Shown here: positions 21,659 to 34,951 of the stretch, one piece after another
Layout: each line of letters opens with the position of its first letter
Numbering within the stretch: position 1 is the stretch's first letter
Assembly (NCBI GenBank): GCA_951406725.2
Contig: OX597818.1
Span: 28,582,001 to 28,646,000 of the forward strand
DNA length: 64,000 nt
Direction of reading: 5' to 3'
Origin: Octopus vulgaris
Taxonomy: Eukaryota
The notes under the pieces: model-generated
What the model was told of the DNA's origin: nothing
The model's input: only the letters and a program-made list of their open reading frames with translations
Databases searched by the model: none
Position numbers and translations under genes: made by a program

Positions 21659-24600
21659 CAGGGGCGTGCACTCTCAGCAATGCAAGGTATGTGCTGCATG
21701 CCTTCCTTGTTTCAAAGAAAATACGTCCAGTTGTTTTAGAAATATTGTCTCCACTTCGTACATCTGCTTTGATAAATGCTTTTAGAAGATCGCATGATAC
21801 ACACTCCCTCTCTGTCTGTATTAGTTTGTCCTTCCTTCCTCTCTCTCTCTCTATCTTAGTGACTCGATAAATTTATCGCTTGTCATGCGTTGGGAAGACA
21901 GCATGAGTCCCTTCTCTCTGTCTTTGATAGTTTGTCCCTTCTCCCTCTTTCTTTGTTTAAAAGATATACTACGAGGAATGGTCACCCCCTTCTCTCTCAG
22001 CGATTCGACAAATTCAGTTTGGCGTGTCATGCTGTGCTTAGATCGCATATCACGCCTCTGGCTATTTTGACCGGAACACGAGCCGTCCCATAATTCTTGT
22101 TTTAGCCAGCTGAAATGTTGGAATAGCCTTCGCATGTAAGTTTGAAATTTTTTATCCAAAACATCCGTTTGCACTATCATATTTTTAGAATGTTTTGAAA
22201 GCAAAAATATCTACATTATATTTCTTATTTCAGAAATAGCTAATTAATCTTAAATTAATTTAACAAAGGGTATTTTTCCGTTTTGTTGAAATTGACTTAA
22301 AATTTACGCCGGCGCTTCCACGTGGGTCCTTAAATAAGAGCAGCCTTTTTAAAAATGAGTGAAATGTGTGCTATAAACGATATTTTGAGAACTAGTTTTT
22401 CTAAAAGGGACTTCGATGGGAAAAAATTAATTATAAATCGCGGGAGACCAACACCGAATTTACCTAATTTGCGAAGCTACAACAAGAAATTCACGAGACA
22501 ATTTCAGGTTAATTCGTATGAAAAGAAGAAATGGTTAACTGGAAGTGTTGCTCTTAATAAATTATTCTGTTGGCCGTGTTTACTTTTTGGCTTAGAAAAA
22601 AATGTTTGGAATGATAAAGGCTATGATGATTTAAATAATTTACATATGGCTATGCTAAAGCACGAGCGTTCTCAAAGGCATATAAAATGTTTGATAGACC
22701 TTAAAATATTCGGGAATGTTCGCATAGACTTACAATTAGATGCACGTTAAAATCAAAGCATACAACAGCATAATGAGAAAGTTCGACGAAACAGATCCAT
22801 TCTGCAACGATTGATCGATGTTGTTATTTTTTTAGGCCTCCAGGAATTATCGTTTCGGGGTCATTTTGAATCTGAAGGCTCTAATAATCGGGGAAATTAT
22901 AAAGAACTCGTTTATTTGATCAGTAAGTATGACAAACAAATGGAAAGTCATTTAGATACAGCTTCTATCTTCACTGGTCTGTCGAACAGAATTCAAAATG
23001 ACTTGATCGAAGCAATTCATAAAGTTATGTTGAATGAGATGCAGAAGGAAATTGACCAAGCTAAGTTTGTTTCTATTCTTGTTGATGAGACATCTGATGT
23101 CTCAGCATCTTCACAACTGTCAACAGTTTTACGTTATGTTACAGAAGACTGTGTGACGAAAGAACGATTTATCGGTTTTAGTGATGTTAGTGCAGATCGA
23201 TCTGCAAATGCTTTATCTGAACATGTTTTTAAATGCATTGAGACGTGGGAATGTGGAAACAAATTGATTGCGCAGACATATGATGGTGCCGCTACAATGG
23301 CAGGACAACTAAATGGGTTACAGGCAAAAGTAAGAAAGAAATATGAATGTGCGATCTTTATTCATTGTTGTGCCCATATCCTAAATTTAGTTCTTTCACA
23401 ATCATGCTCTGCTATGAAAGAATGCAAGATATTTTTTTCTACAATAAATGGACTCGGTACATTTTTTACGAAATCACCGAAAAGGACTAATGCATTAGAT
23501 AATATTGTTAAAAAAAGATTTCCGAAAGCAACAGCAACTAGATGGAATTACTCCTCACGTCTTATTATTACCACAAAGGAAAATTATAATTTCATAATCA
23601 GCCTTTTTGAACACATCATTGAAAATCCTGAAGCATGGGATGAGACCACCATAAATTCAGCAATTGGATTCTTACACATTTTAAAAGCTCCTGATTTCTT
23701 ATTTTTGTTAGAGGTATTCAGTGACATTTTTTCTTTTACTGACGTCTTATTTAACATACTCCAGAGTAAAAGTCATGACATAGTGTATTGTAAACAGCAA
23801 ATAGATAAAACTAGAACTGTACTCGAAAACAAACTTGATAATTTTTCAGTCTTTTATGATAGGTTAGGGGAAAAATATGGAGTCGATGCAGGAATCGGAA
23901 TTCAGAGATCCAAGAATATATCTATTGATCCCCAACGACATTATAGAACGCTTTATAACAAAATTATAAGTACAATAGTTGACCAAATAAAAGCACGATA
24001 TTCATCCTTAGAAGAGTTTAAATTCATGGAACTTTTGAATTTCAACAAAGTTGATGAGTATTGCAAACAATTTCCTGTGGACTCTTTAGATTCTTTAAGA
24101 ACAACTTATGGCAGATTTTTTGATGTAATATGATTACAAAGTGAGCTCAATGTGATGTATTCAATGAAAGATTTTAAAAAACCAAGTGTAAGTCATTTAA
24201 TGAGTTACATTAACAGCACTGATCTTGTTGAAGCTATGCCAGAACTCTTCAATCTGTGCAAGTTGATTTTGACAATTCCGTCTACCACTGCTTCTGTAGA
24301 GCGATCCTTTTCTGCATTAAGTAGAATTAAAACATACCAAAGAAATGCGACAGGAGAAAGAAGACTGTCTGGGTTAGCACTAATGTCAATTGAAAAAGAT
24401 TTATTACAAGAATTGATGAAAAGAGAAGATTTCTATGAAAATGTGATAGATATATTTGCCCAGAAAGATCGAAGAATTGAATTAATTTATAAATGAGCTA
24501 AGTAACATTTTAAAACATTAAAAAATATATATATTAAAGAGCATATATTACAGGTTTTGCTTAGTGTTTGTTATAACGTAAGGTTCGACCTTCTTACATC

Positions 24601-25453
24601 AGTATTGTTTCGCAGGAGAAATGTTTTGATTTCTTCGTGAAACCTACCTACATAGATTTCCCTTTCTGTGCTGCTGGGTGTAGTCTATTTACGGCCGTAA
24701 ATAAGTGTTTTGTTTCACTTTCAATAAGTGTCTTGTTTCAATCTCAGAGATGTTGACTTCTGCCACAACAGTTTTGGGAGGCTTTTTACAATGTTGAATT
24801 TTCGCTGTCTTTCATTGTGTGCGTATTCATGTATATGCGTGTATTTTCAATGTTTGTGCGTGAGACGTAGTCCTTTAATGTACGGAGTTCAGTAAGTCTC
24901 AGAACAGTCAATAATTTTCCCGGAATTGACAAGTAGCATGATAAAGAACCTGACTTGTCTTCGAGAGCGTAACGATCTAAAACCATGGCCATATAATGTA
25001 ACTAAATGTGTTCTTTTAATTAAATCATTTCATTCAGCTCAACCGATAGGTATAGGGGCTAATGCAGAATCGCAGCCCTTTGAAAAACGAATTTATGTGA
25101 AAATTTTTTTTCGGATTCCTACCTTTAACAGAGATTCTGAATATGCAAAAATATTGACAGAATCCAATTTCATCTTTATTACATTTCACTTATGATTTTT
25201 AGACTTTTCTAAGGGAGAATGAGGATGGGAAAGTACTGACGTTTCGAAGAGCAAAGAATAATACAAACAATACACTTATTTCAGGATCATCTCTGCACAG
25301 CCATTTTTTATTCCCTGTTTATTCTGCATATTCAGAATCTCTTATATGTAAATCGTAGGAATACGAAAATGTTTTACTGAAAAATTGCCGGTGGGAGCGG
25401 GGGGCAATGAAATTAATTGCATGCCCAACGCCGGAAGTCACCGCACGCCACTG
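21659..25453 (+). mobile_element. Full-length hAT transposon with 8-bp TSD
   Basis: TIRs are CAGGGGCGTGC / GCACGCCACTG. A perfect TSD ACATGCAC occurs at 21651-21658 and 25454-25461. Confidence 0.96.
22355..24496 (+). pseudogene. hAT transposase (ZMYM1/Tip100-like), single 713-codon frame with two premature stops
   Basis: Three listed ORFs share one frame. Motifs are FCWPCLLF, FRGH, ILVDETSD, YDGAA, HCCAH, TRW and SVERSFS. Stops are TAA at 22748 and TGA at 24131. Confidence 0.93.
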
Positions 25454-25489
25454 ACATGCACACACATACACACACATACATTCATGTAT

Positions 25490-25815
25490 TACTACTGGCA
25501 CTTAGTCAGTTACAATGACAAGGGTTCCTGTTGATCCTATAAATTGAACAGCCTGCTTGTGAAATTAACATGGAATCAGCTGAGCATTCCACAAACACAC
25601 CCACCCTCAATGTAGTTCTCAGGAAGATTCAGTGCAACACAATCTGACACGTCCAGTCTGTTGAAATATAAGTACTAATCATTTTTGTCAGCTGAGTGAA
25701 CTGAAGCAATGTGAAATAAAGTGTCTTGTTCAAAAACACAACAAGCCACCAGGAATCAAACACACGACCTTACAATCAGTAGCCAGATACCCTAACCACT
25801 AAGCAACATGCCTTT
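25490..25815 (-). mobile_element. Degraded SINE (same family as 35975-36130 and 36629-36972)
   Basis: Shared GTCAGTTAC..AGGGTTCC..TGATC..AACAGCCTGCT..GAAATTAAC block, with a tRNA-like head (CCCTAACCACT) at the right end. Confidence 0.6.
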
Positions 25816-26449
25816 GTAGTAAGTCAAGGAGGTGCTATATACAGTCGTGCTTTGGCAATTACAGCCAATCACAGCTGGTTGCATAGTTATAAATACAGCA
25901 TCATCCATCCAGAAATGAATTCTGTTCCAGTCAATCAGACAGCAGTTAGCAGAAGACTTTGACGAGAAAACAGCTATTTTCAGTGGGACTTCGGAAGGAC
26001 ACTACCCCTGATGGCATTACATCAACATAAACATCATCATCACCATCATTGTTTAATGTCCGCCTTCCATGCTAGTATAGGTGGGACTCATTATAACACT
26101 GTAATCTTAGGGATATACATTAAGTTCACACAGCGAATCCCATTATTCTCTATGGATGGAACCTGCCTGTTTAAACTTCTTCCTACCTTTATTGTGGTAT
26201 GCTTCTACTCATTTCTGTAATAGTAAGTTCAATGGCCTTCCTTGATTCCTACATACAACAATTGCCTACTCTCATTGCCATCCTAATAAATTACGATGTT
26301 TGTTCTAATATAGCCTTCTGATGTATTTTCTCAATGCCTCACAGCTGCAGCTATTTCATTGACTTTCCACATTGTGTATTTATTTGGCAACATGCTATTC
26401 TGAGACCTTTGGAGATATGCTGTGATTGAGAAGACCCGGCAACTAAAGT

Positions 26450-26905
26450 CAGATTGCAGCCACACATGTCCAGCCCAGTTAAGAGTACCCCTGATGTATC
26501 GTGTGATATGATATGCTTGAAAAGACCTGTTGAGTCAAGTAAAACCAATATTGTAGCTGTGGCTAGTGCCCCCTGACTGGCTCCTGTGCCAGTGGCACAT
26601 AAAAAGCACCATCTCAATGCAGTTGAAGCCAGATCTGCCTGACTGGCTCCCATGCTGGTGGCATGTAAAAGGCACCAACTAAACATGGCTAATGCCAATA
26701 CCCGCTGACTGGCCCCCCTGCCGGTGGCATGTAAAAAGCACCCACTGCACTCTCGGAGTTGTTGGCTTTAGAAAGGGCTTCCAGTTGCAGAAACATTGCC
26801 AGATCAGATTGGAGCCTGGTGCAGCTGCTGGCTCTCCAGACCTCAGTCAAACAGTCGAACCTGTGCATGCATGGAAAATGCACGTTAAATGATGATGATG
26901 ATGAT
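26450..26905 (+). mobile_element. RTE 3'-tail/SINE-like element with three GGTGGCACGTAAAAAGCACC-type modules
   Basis: Ends in ..CATGGAAAATGCACGTTAAATGATGATGAT. Confidence 0.8.
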
Positions 26906-27154
26906 ATATATATTGAATGGAGGAATAATTCACGAGAATTTTTCCCAAACTTAAAATACAAGCAGAAATAAAACACATAGGCAAAATGTTTTATGTTATT
27001 TGAAAGAGAACTTTTTGCTCTACAACCTTGGTTCCCAAACTTTTTCAAAATTTTCGTCCTATGGACCACCCTGCATTTTTCGAGGCTTTGCAGAGCCACA
27101 CCTCTGCTACAAAATGAGAAAACTAGGGTAGATGAACAAAAGAAAAAGACCTTG

Positions 27155-27470
27155 TCTATATATATAAAACGGAGAATGCGTGTCTGTCTGTCTGTCTGTC
27201 TACGTGTCTGTAGGTGTGGATCACTAAAATTTGAGAAGCACCCAACTGATTTCATTCAAATTTTACACATGCATTACTTTGGGTCCATGCTGTGTCATAG
27301 GCCCAAAAAGTTCTCAACTTCTTGCCTAACGCAAGCCTGGAGCAATCTCTTATCTTGTACGCTATTTCAGTATCATGTGTCAAAAGTGAAACAATAACAT
27401 CTCCATTATTGTAATGTGAGATAATACTTTCAGGTTTAATAGTTTCATTATTAATACTGAAACTATTATC
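27155..27470 (+). mobile_element. Helitron 5'-end fragment (non-autonomous family)
   Basis: TCTATATATATAAAACGGAGAATG followed by (GTCT)n. A paralog is at 44776-45090. Confidence 0.6.
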
Positions 27471-27486
27471 TCACTTACATACATGC

Positions 27487-27531
<45 letters not shown>

Positions 27532-27564
27532 TGTATATATACATTTGTACATTTATATGTATGC

Positions 27565-27611
<47 letters not shown>

Positions 27612-27612
<1 letters not shown>

Positions 27613-29994
27613 TAGCAGAATTGCCCAGCGATGCTCGGGGCTGAATTGCTTGAAAGTACTGTTAATGATTGCACTGAATTATGATGATTATTCAGGCAAA
27701 TATTGATATAAGTTTACGGTGGGAGATAAGGACTTAACGATCGAACGTGTGCCATTGCATTGTTTTGGGGAACCAAATTTCTAATGAGCATTATAGGGGC
27801 ACCAACTTTAAGTTTGAGAATGTGTGGTGTTAGTCCGGGGGGCTCAAAGGAATTGAGTACCTCTGTTGGATAGTTGATGACGTCCTCTTGGTCAGGAGTT
27901 GTATCGATAGACTTATATACATAGACATCCCCAGGAATGAGTTTTAGCATTTCATCATTAATATGGTGAACAGTTTTATTCCTCGGGGCCAGAATAGCCC
28001 TTTGGCCAATCCAATCCATTTTCTGATAATTAGCTTGTAGATCTGGGAACACTGCATCTCTGAGATCAGAAGGCGTTTTAACAATGGTACAAATGGAATC
28101 GATGGCAATATTACCATTTTCATCCCCTGGTATTTTGCCTTCGCCAAGTGCAAGGAGGGTGTGAGAAAATGCTGCTGATGTGATATTACGTCGCATATGA
28201 GCACGCATATTGGTGTGAAGTTTGAGTCTTCACCAGTGGCCACAATGTGGATGACTTAAGACACGCACATACTGCATCAGTTGTAGTCCCTTTGGGAATA
28301 ACGGGAAGTGTTTGTCGAAAGTCCCCTGAAAGAAGAAGTGTTATGCCTCCCATGGGAGCTGAAGAATGTTTGATGTCTCTGAGAGATCTATCTAGTGCCT
28401 CAAGAGCACCTCTGTGGGCCATCGTGCATTCATCCCAAACGATAAGCTTGCATCGTCTGAAGACTTCTGCCTGATCGGAGCTGTTACTGATGTTGCAAGT
28501 TGGTGTCTCAGTCTTCGTTAAGTCAAGCGGAAGCTTGAAAGTGGAGTGAGCTGTCTTGCCGCCTGGCAACAAAGTAGCCGCAATTCCAGGTGATGCCACA
28601 GCTAGGGCAATGCCTTGTGTTCGCCTAATCTCAGCCAATATTAATTTGTTGAGAAAAGTTTTCCCAGTGCCCCCAGGAAAAATATCCCCACAGCTTTGGC
28701 CCGGACTGAATTAACAACGGAGTTGTAAGCGAACTTCTGTTCTGGAAGGAGCTTTGGCTCATTGTCGGCTATGTACTCGGCAAGCTCGTCAACATTAAAA
28801 CATGTCTCACGCAGCAAATGGGAAGACAGAGTGTTTGTGCCTTCCCGGTTTGTTGAAGGTAGGCCATAGACCGGCAAGGCACTACTGCCCATATCAAGTA
28901 CAGTATCTTCGAACGTAGTTTGTTACCACACAGCCACATCTGCCCCTATGTATGTGTGTGTGTGTGTGTGTGTGTACATGTGTGCGTATGGGTAGATATA
29001 TTATGCATGTATATATGTGTATATATATATGTGTACATATTACATGTACATCTATATATATATATACATCTACACATAAAATACAAAATAGAAAGTTATA
29101 TCTTGATATCGCTAGTGATAACAATACTCAAAATATATAACAGACTGGAATTGTAGGCCCGTCTCTTGCAATTTCGATCAATTGGATCTTGTCCTCCCTC
29201 TTGTATAGAAGTGTACGGCTGCAGCGAAATTCATTTTTGGACTTTCTTCTATCGAAGGCATTTTAACAAAAATGCTTCCGTAAAGACAGTGAAAATATTG
29301 TCAATTTCCCCAAACAGGGACGCAATTCAATTTTAAAACAATAACCAAAGCCCCTTCTCCGAAAGGGGGGGGGTTACGATTTACAATTATTTAACAAATG
29401 CAACACAACAACGTTTCCCTGACGAGGAACCAACAAACATGATTACAATAGTCAAACAGTAATAATAATAACAACAAACCTTTTTAATGTATCCCCATTT
29501 ATGTGAAACCACTTATTCAAGTTCAAGTCATTGATGCAATTTTATACGAATTGCTAATACACACACACATAATAAGGGTGAAAAATTGAATATTAATTTG
29601 ATTAATATGAATTGAAAACCAGTGGTGTAGCATATAAGACCACAGCGGATCTTCTTCTAGCAAAAAGGATGACCAGTATTAATTGCTCATCCCTTTTATA
29701 TAAATACTTTCACTTTAATTGTTGCACACTTGCAAAGAGAAAGGAGGAGAAAGTGTAGTGGTAATGGTAGGAGTGAAGCACTTGAAATGAAAGAGGGAAA
29801 TCGTAAAATATTTACATTTCTCGAATTTTTGTTTAATTGGGGGTGAAATTGAAAAAACCTTACATGCCACAACCCGATGGAATCTACTTGTAAAAATGAT
29901 AGGTAAATTCCAATTGAAGAAATTCTATATTGTAGAATTGTAAAAAAACGAACTGTTTGGGAGGCAGAGAAAATCTGCCTTTTATCATAAGAGA
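27612..29994 (-). mobile_element. Internally deleted Helitron with Pif1 helicase remnant
   Basis: 5' TC at 29994. 3' CTAG at 27612 is preceded by the GC hairpin GCCCCGAGCATCGCTGGGC, and the insertion lies between A and T. Motifs are GIAATLLPGGKTAHS, IVWDECTM, GDFRQTLPV, RAILAPRN and LKVGAPIMLIRN. Confidence 0.9.
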
Positions 29995-30130
29995 TGTATA
30001 CATGCATATGTGTATGTATATATACATGCATATATATATGCATGTATATATATGTATATTTATATATACATATATATACACATATATATACATATATATA
30101 CATACATACATATATATATCTATAGATATA

Positions 30131-30166
<36 letters not shown>

Positions 30167-30179
30167 CATGTATGTATAT

Positions 30180-30714
30180 AAAGTATCAAACCGAGGAAAA
30201 GAAATCCTTCAAAGGATTGTGTTAAACATCAAATTCACTCGTACATCAGTAGGATACTATATAAATATTGGTATAATTCAATTATAAAGATAAATTAAAT
30301 ACAGAGATATGCTCTTGACAATCCTATAATTTATTTATATAACAACATTACATTAAACATTATGAATATAATATATAACGTAACATAATATTATATAACA
30401 TAAACAATTACTAAAACCATAAAAGGCCAACAAATTGTTTCGACTTGTATATAATTTTTCTTATATACATAATAACAGTTCCCTTATATATAAAGTCATT
30501 TCAGGGTCATGATTTAGAAATAGACGAAATTCTGTGTGAAAAGATGGCTGGATTGTAAAAATTAATTCCAATGTCCATTAATTCAAATTTTTACAATCCA
30601 ACTATCCTTTCACACAGAATTTCGTCTATTTCTAAACCATGACCCTGAAGTGACTTTATATATAAGGGAATTGTTATTATGTGTATCAGAAAAAATACAT
30701 ATAAGTTGAAACAA
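30180..30714. mobile_element. Head-to-head PLE-like terminal remnant forming a ~130-bp inverted repeat with hammerhead-like motifs
   Basis: 30434-30563 mirrors 30586-30714. Each arm has gacc-CTGAA(G/A)T-GACTT...AAGT(C/T)-GAAA-CAA. Confidence 0.6.
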
Positions 30715-31940
30715 GCCTGGCAATATGTTTGATATACTATGTTATCAACCGTACGTAAGGCTGTATATGATGTGGGTCTCTTGACATGGTGTAATAGAAG
30801 CTTTAGATAGTAGCACTCTAAGTAGTTGGGATGGACAACATAGACTCTGATTTCTTGATTCCTGGATGATGTGTGGGTACTCCAAGTGCATGTCTTTTCC
30901 ATTTGTTTTGGTACCAGGTATAGAATTGTGGACTTCATTGTATAGCAGTCTTGTAGCAATTTCCTCCTCTTGACAGAGCTTGAAGACTGCTGTGAGTATG
31001 GTATTTTGGAGAGCTTCCATTTGTAGTTGGACTGTGTCTGTCTGTGTGCTGTCTCTGAGATGGAGAACAATGTCACGCTTGTCATATTCTTGCCCAACCA
31101 GAAGTACAGCTATTTCATTTGCTGTTGGCGCATTAAACCTCCCTACATGTTGACAAGATGGTTTCTTGTTTGATCTGATAACTATCTTGTAATTCATGGA
31201 GTCAAGTGGAATTGTTTCAAGTGCAGTCTTGAAGCTTTTGATCAGGTTGCTGTTGTTGTTATGCAGCATCTTTTGCAAAGATACTACAATGTTCATTGTG
31301 ATGCTGGAAATGTTCTTGCACCTCTCTTGCCCTTCTTGTTGAGAATCATCCACTAAAAATATTTGAAGGAATTTTGGTGATTCATTTGATAGAGGTAGTT
31401 GAGAGCCAATCTGATGATAAATCTGACATTGGATCTTGAAAGTTTGCATGAATCCTGGCTCAGTTATATCTCTAGTGGCTCCAAATGATGTCTTCGAGTG
31501 CAGCATTGTATTGTCTAATTTTGATTTGGAAGTGCTTGGAATCTTAGTGAGTTGATGACAACAGTTTCTTCAATGGCTCTGGAGGCGAGGGGATTGCAGG
31601 GAGTTTAACCTTTCCACCACTGCAGTACAGTGCAGGCATATCTCCAGACTGCTTCTTTGCTTTACAACGTATGCACCCAGTTGTCATTGCATGAATGGAA
31701 ACTCTAGTGTCATCTGCATAATGAACTGCTGGATCATAATTGAAAGCTACTTCATAGAAGTTGCTTCTCTGAGCTGTTGCAACTACTCTTCGTTCTGCAG
31801 TGGAAATCCTATACCTTGTCAGTTGTGCATACCTCAGCTCATCATTTGAGATGCTCTGTATTTTGTAGTGCAGTCTGTTCATTTCTTGGCATGCTTCCAT
31901 TTCTGCAGCTGTCTCACCTTCCCTGGATAGAGACATTATT
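30715..31940 (-). pseudogene. Helitron Rep-Hel N-terminal/internal fragments
   Basis: CSGGKVKLP, TSFGA..FKIQCQIYHQIGS, GRFNAPTANEIA and YYLKLLLHHVKRPTSYTALRTV. Confidence 0.88.
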
Positions 31941-31946
31941 TTGGCT

Positions 31947-33180
31947 GACCAAAATTGGCATAACTAGGGATTTCTGCATCCTGCCACCCATGACTTTGTA
32001 GACAAATTGGCATAACTACAGATTTCTGCACCCCAACCACACAACTTTCGATGATTGTAACTTTCTGAAAAATGGATATTTTTATTGAAATTTTCTACAA
32101 ATATATGTTATATGATATAGATTCTGAATACACAAAAACTTTGGGGGAAGTGTTTTAGGAGAATGTGGGGTGGGGAATTTCAGAAAATTCACCAGAGTCC
32201 ACTTCAATTCATTTTAACTTTCAAGAAAATGAATATTTTTTAATGAAATTCTCTACAAATATACATCCTACTATGAAGATTCTGAGGACAAAGGAATTTG
32301 GGGGAAAAACAACTGGGGGTTACTTTTGAGAACTGCTCCTCACTCGGAGGTGTTTCGAAAAAATTCATCCATATTTGTTTCATTTTCTCCATTTTGTGCA
32401 TTTGTGCATCCATAGATATATACCACACACACACACATAATTAAAAAAGTTCAAATGGAAACTTATTCCATTCAATACCATGTTTATTATAGAGATTATG
32501 TAAAAAATTATACTTTACACTTCTATATTTAACTGCACATGTATATTCCTTATTTTTGCTTCTGGTGTCTTCCGCCTTTCAATTAGGAATGTTTACCTGG
32601 GAATTTACTTAAAATGAGAAAAAAATCGTATGCAACAGATAAGTCGTTTTAGTAAACTGTTTCTGTGTACCAAACCTTCAGATGTTATTTTTAGCATAAC
32701 GAGTTTTCTGATGAGAGCTTCATTTGTCTTAATTGCCTGTTTGGTGCTTCGGTAGAAATCTACGGATGCACAAACGGAGAAAGTGAAACAAATATGGATG
32801 ACTTGCTCTGAAATATCTCTGAGGGGAAAACAGTTCTCAAAAATAACCCCCAATTGTTTTCCTTGCCAAATTCCTATGTCCTCGGAATCTACATAGTCAA
32901 AGGTATATATGTAGAGAATTTCATTAAAAAATATCCATTTTCTTGAAAGTTAAGATGAACTGAAGTGGACACCAGTGAATTTTCCAAAATTCCCCACCCC
33001 ACCCCTCCTAAAACAATTACCCTACAAAATTTTGCATATTCGGAATCTACATGATATAACACATATTCATAGAAAAGTTTGATAAAATATATAGATTTTT
33101 CTGAATGTTATGATCATCAAAATTGGTGGGTGGGGTGCAGAAATCTGTAGTTGTGCGACAAATTTGATACCTTCCTTCTA
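31947..33180. mobile_element. Foldback/MITE-like element with ~410-bp diverged TIRs
   Basis: 32003-32417 mirrors 32758-33167 (AACTACAGATTTCTGCACCCC / GGGGTGCAGAAATCTGTAGTT). The left terminus is locally duplicated at 31947. Confidence 0.8.
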
Positions 33181-33978
33181 GGCATGGTTGTATATGTATA
33201 CAGAAATACTTAAGTGCAGAAGATAGTAAACAATGAAAATAACTTCGTAACGTTAATTATATTACTTAATAAGATGGGAAGAAAGTAAATAAAAAATTTT
33301 AATGGAAAATAAAGTATTGTATGGGATGAAACTAGTCTATAGATGCCAGACCAGCAAGGGGAAGTGGCTGACCTTCCCTTTTCGAAGGTTATAATGGACA
33401 CAGGTTCGTGTGTCACATAGCTTGCTAGAGGCGATGGCCTCTTGGAGCTAATCAACGGCAGCATTCATCCTATTTTTCTGGATTGCCATGTTAGCTTGGC
33501 GATAACTATTAGTGTGTGTGTGTGTGTGTGTGTGTGCGTGTACACACACACATATATATATATAAGATGTGTTTCAAAGCACAGTAAGTTCTTATTCATG
33601 CAGAAGTTACTTTGAAATTGGTTAATTTTGTTTTACTTCAATATCCTCATTTTAGTCATTCAGTTTGACTTAGGTCAAGTTTCTTACCATTGTAATGTTT
33701 TGTAGCTACTTGAAGAAAGTTCAGCTAAAAGTCACTAAATACTTTATGTGGAATGAATGTCTTAATTCTGACAGCACTAGTAGCTTATCTTTTTATTGGC
33801 CTATTAGGTCCATAATTATTGACGCTTAATAAAAAAATAAGTAAAATTAAGAATGAACTTATGATGATAAATATGTTGAAAATATAGGCGTTCGTAAATG
33901 TATGATGGTGAAAACAAATTGCAATCTCTTCATAAACCACTCTTGCAGACCATGTCATGAATGTGCTAGTGTTACGGC

Positions 33979-34623
33979 CACTGTAACAGCCCAGAATATA
34001 CCCCTGCCCAGACTATACCTGTGGCCCCCTCCAGACAGCCAGCCTTGGATATAACCCTGTTCAGACTATACCCCATGCTTGTAGACAATGACACAGATAT
34101 ACCTCACTTATAAAAGTTGTCTCAGAACATATATAAAATTTGATGACAATCGATGAAGGATTTTGATTTAAACATAGGAATTTAAAATTATCAAATGCAA
34201 ATATTCCATGTACCAATATAAACCCAATGTATAGGTAGACTGGGAAAAGCTGATGACTCATGCATGCTTTGCAGCATGCTGATACTATGAGTCATAGCAT
34301 AGACTCGCACAAATGTGGCCATTCATGCTGGGTTTACATTGGTACATTTTAAAAGTATTTTGCATTTGATAATTCTAAATTGCTGTTTAAATCAAAATTT
34401 ATATGTAACTTTTAATTCTTCATCCAGTGATATCAAATTTTACATGTGTTCTGAAGTAACTTTTATAAGTGAGGTACATCTGTGTTATTTATGTGCAAGC
34501 CTGGGGTATAGTCCTGACAGGGGTATATTCTGGCCAGGTTGTTTGGATGGGGTATAGTCAGGGCTAGCCCAGACTAGCCCCAAGTACAGTCTGGGCAGGA
34601 GTATATTCTGGGCTCTTACACTG
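33979..34623. mobile_element. MITE with ~260-bp inverted arms
   Basis: CACTGTAACAGCCCAGAATATA ... TATATTCTGGGCTCTTACACTG, and ACCTCACTTATAAAAGTT / AACTTTTATAAGTGAGGT. Confidence 0.8.
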
Positions 34624-34951
34624 CCAATTTTCAGACAATGTTTAGACTTGTTGCACCCATACTCTGGCACTGATTGATTAAGCCACAGAGAGACACTTAC
34701 ATTTAAGTATGTGTATGTGTGTGCATTACCTCAAATGCATTCTATCTGTAAGGTTTTTGCTTAATCGTAAATTAGGGGTTCTGTGTAGTGCGTGTATGTT
34801 CAATGATTTTAGTTTTAGCTAAAACTGGAAAACCTAGATTTTTGAATATTAAATATCTGAAAATTGTTGAACCAAGACCCCCTAATTTTGCTTTGCAGAC
34901 CTCGGAAGTCCACAAACCCCAGTTTGGCAGCCAAGGCTCTACAAAACAGTG

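Noticed and set aside
22355-24496. Domesticated ZMYM1-like host gene
   Set aside because: Intact TIRs, an 8-bp TSD and premature stops identify it as a transposon copy.
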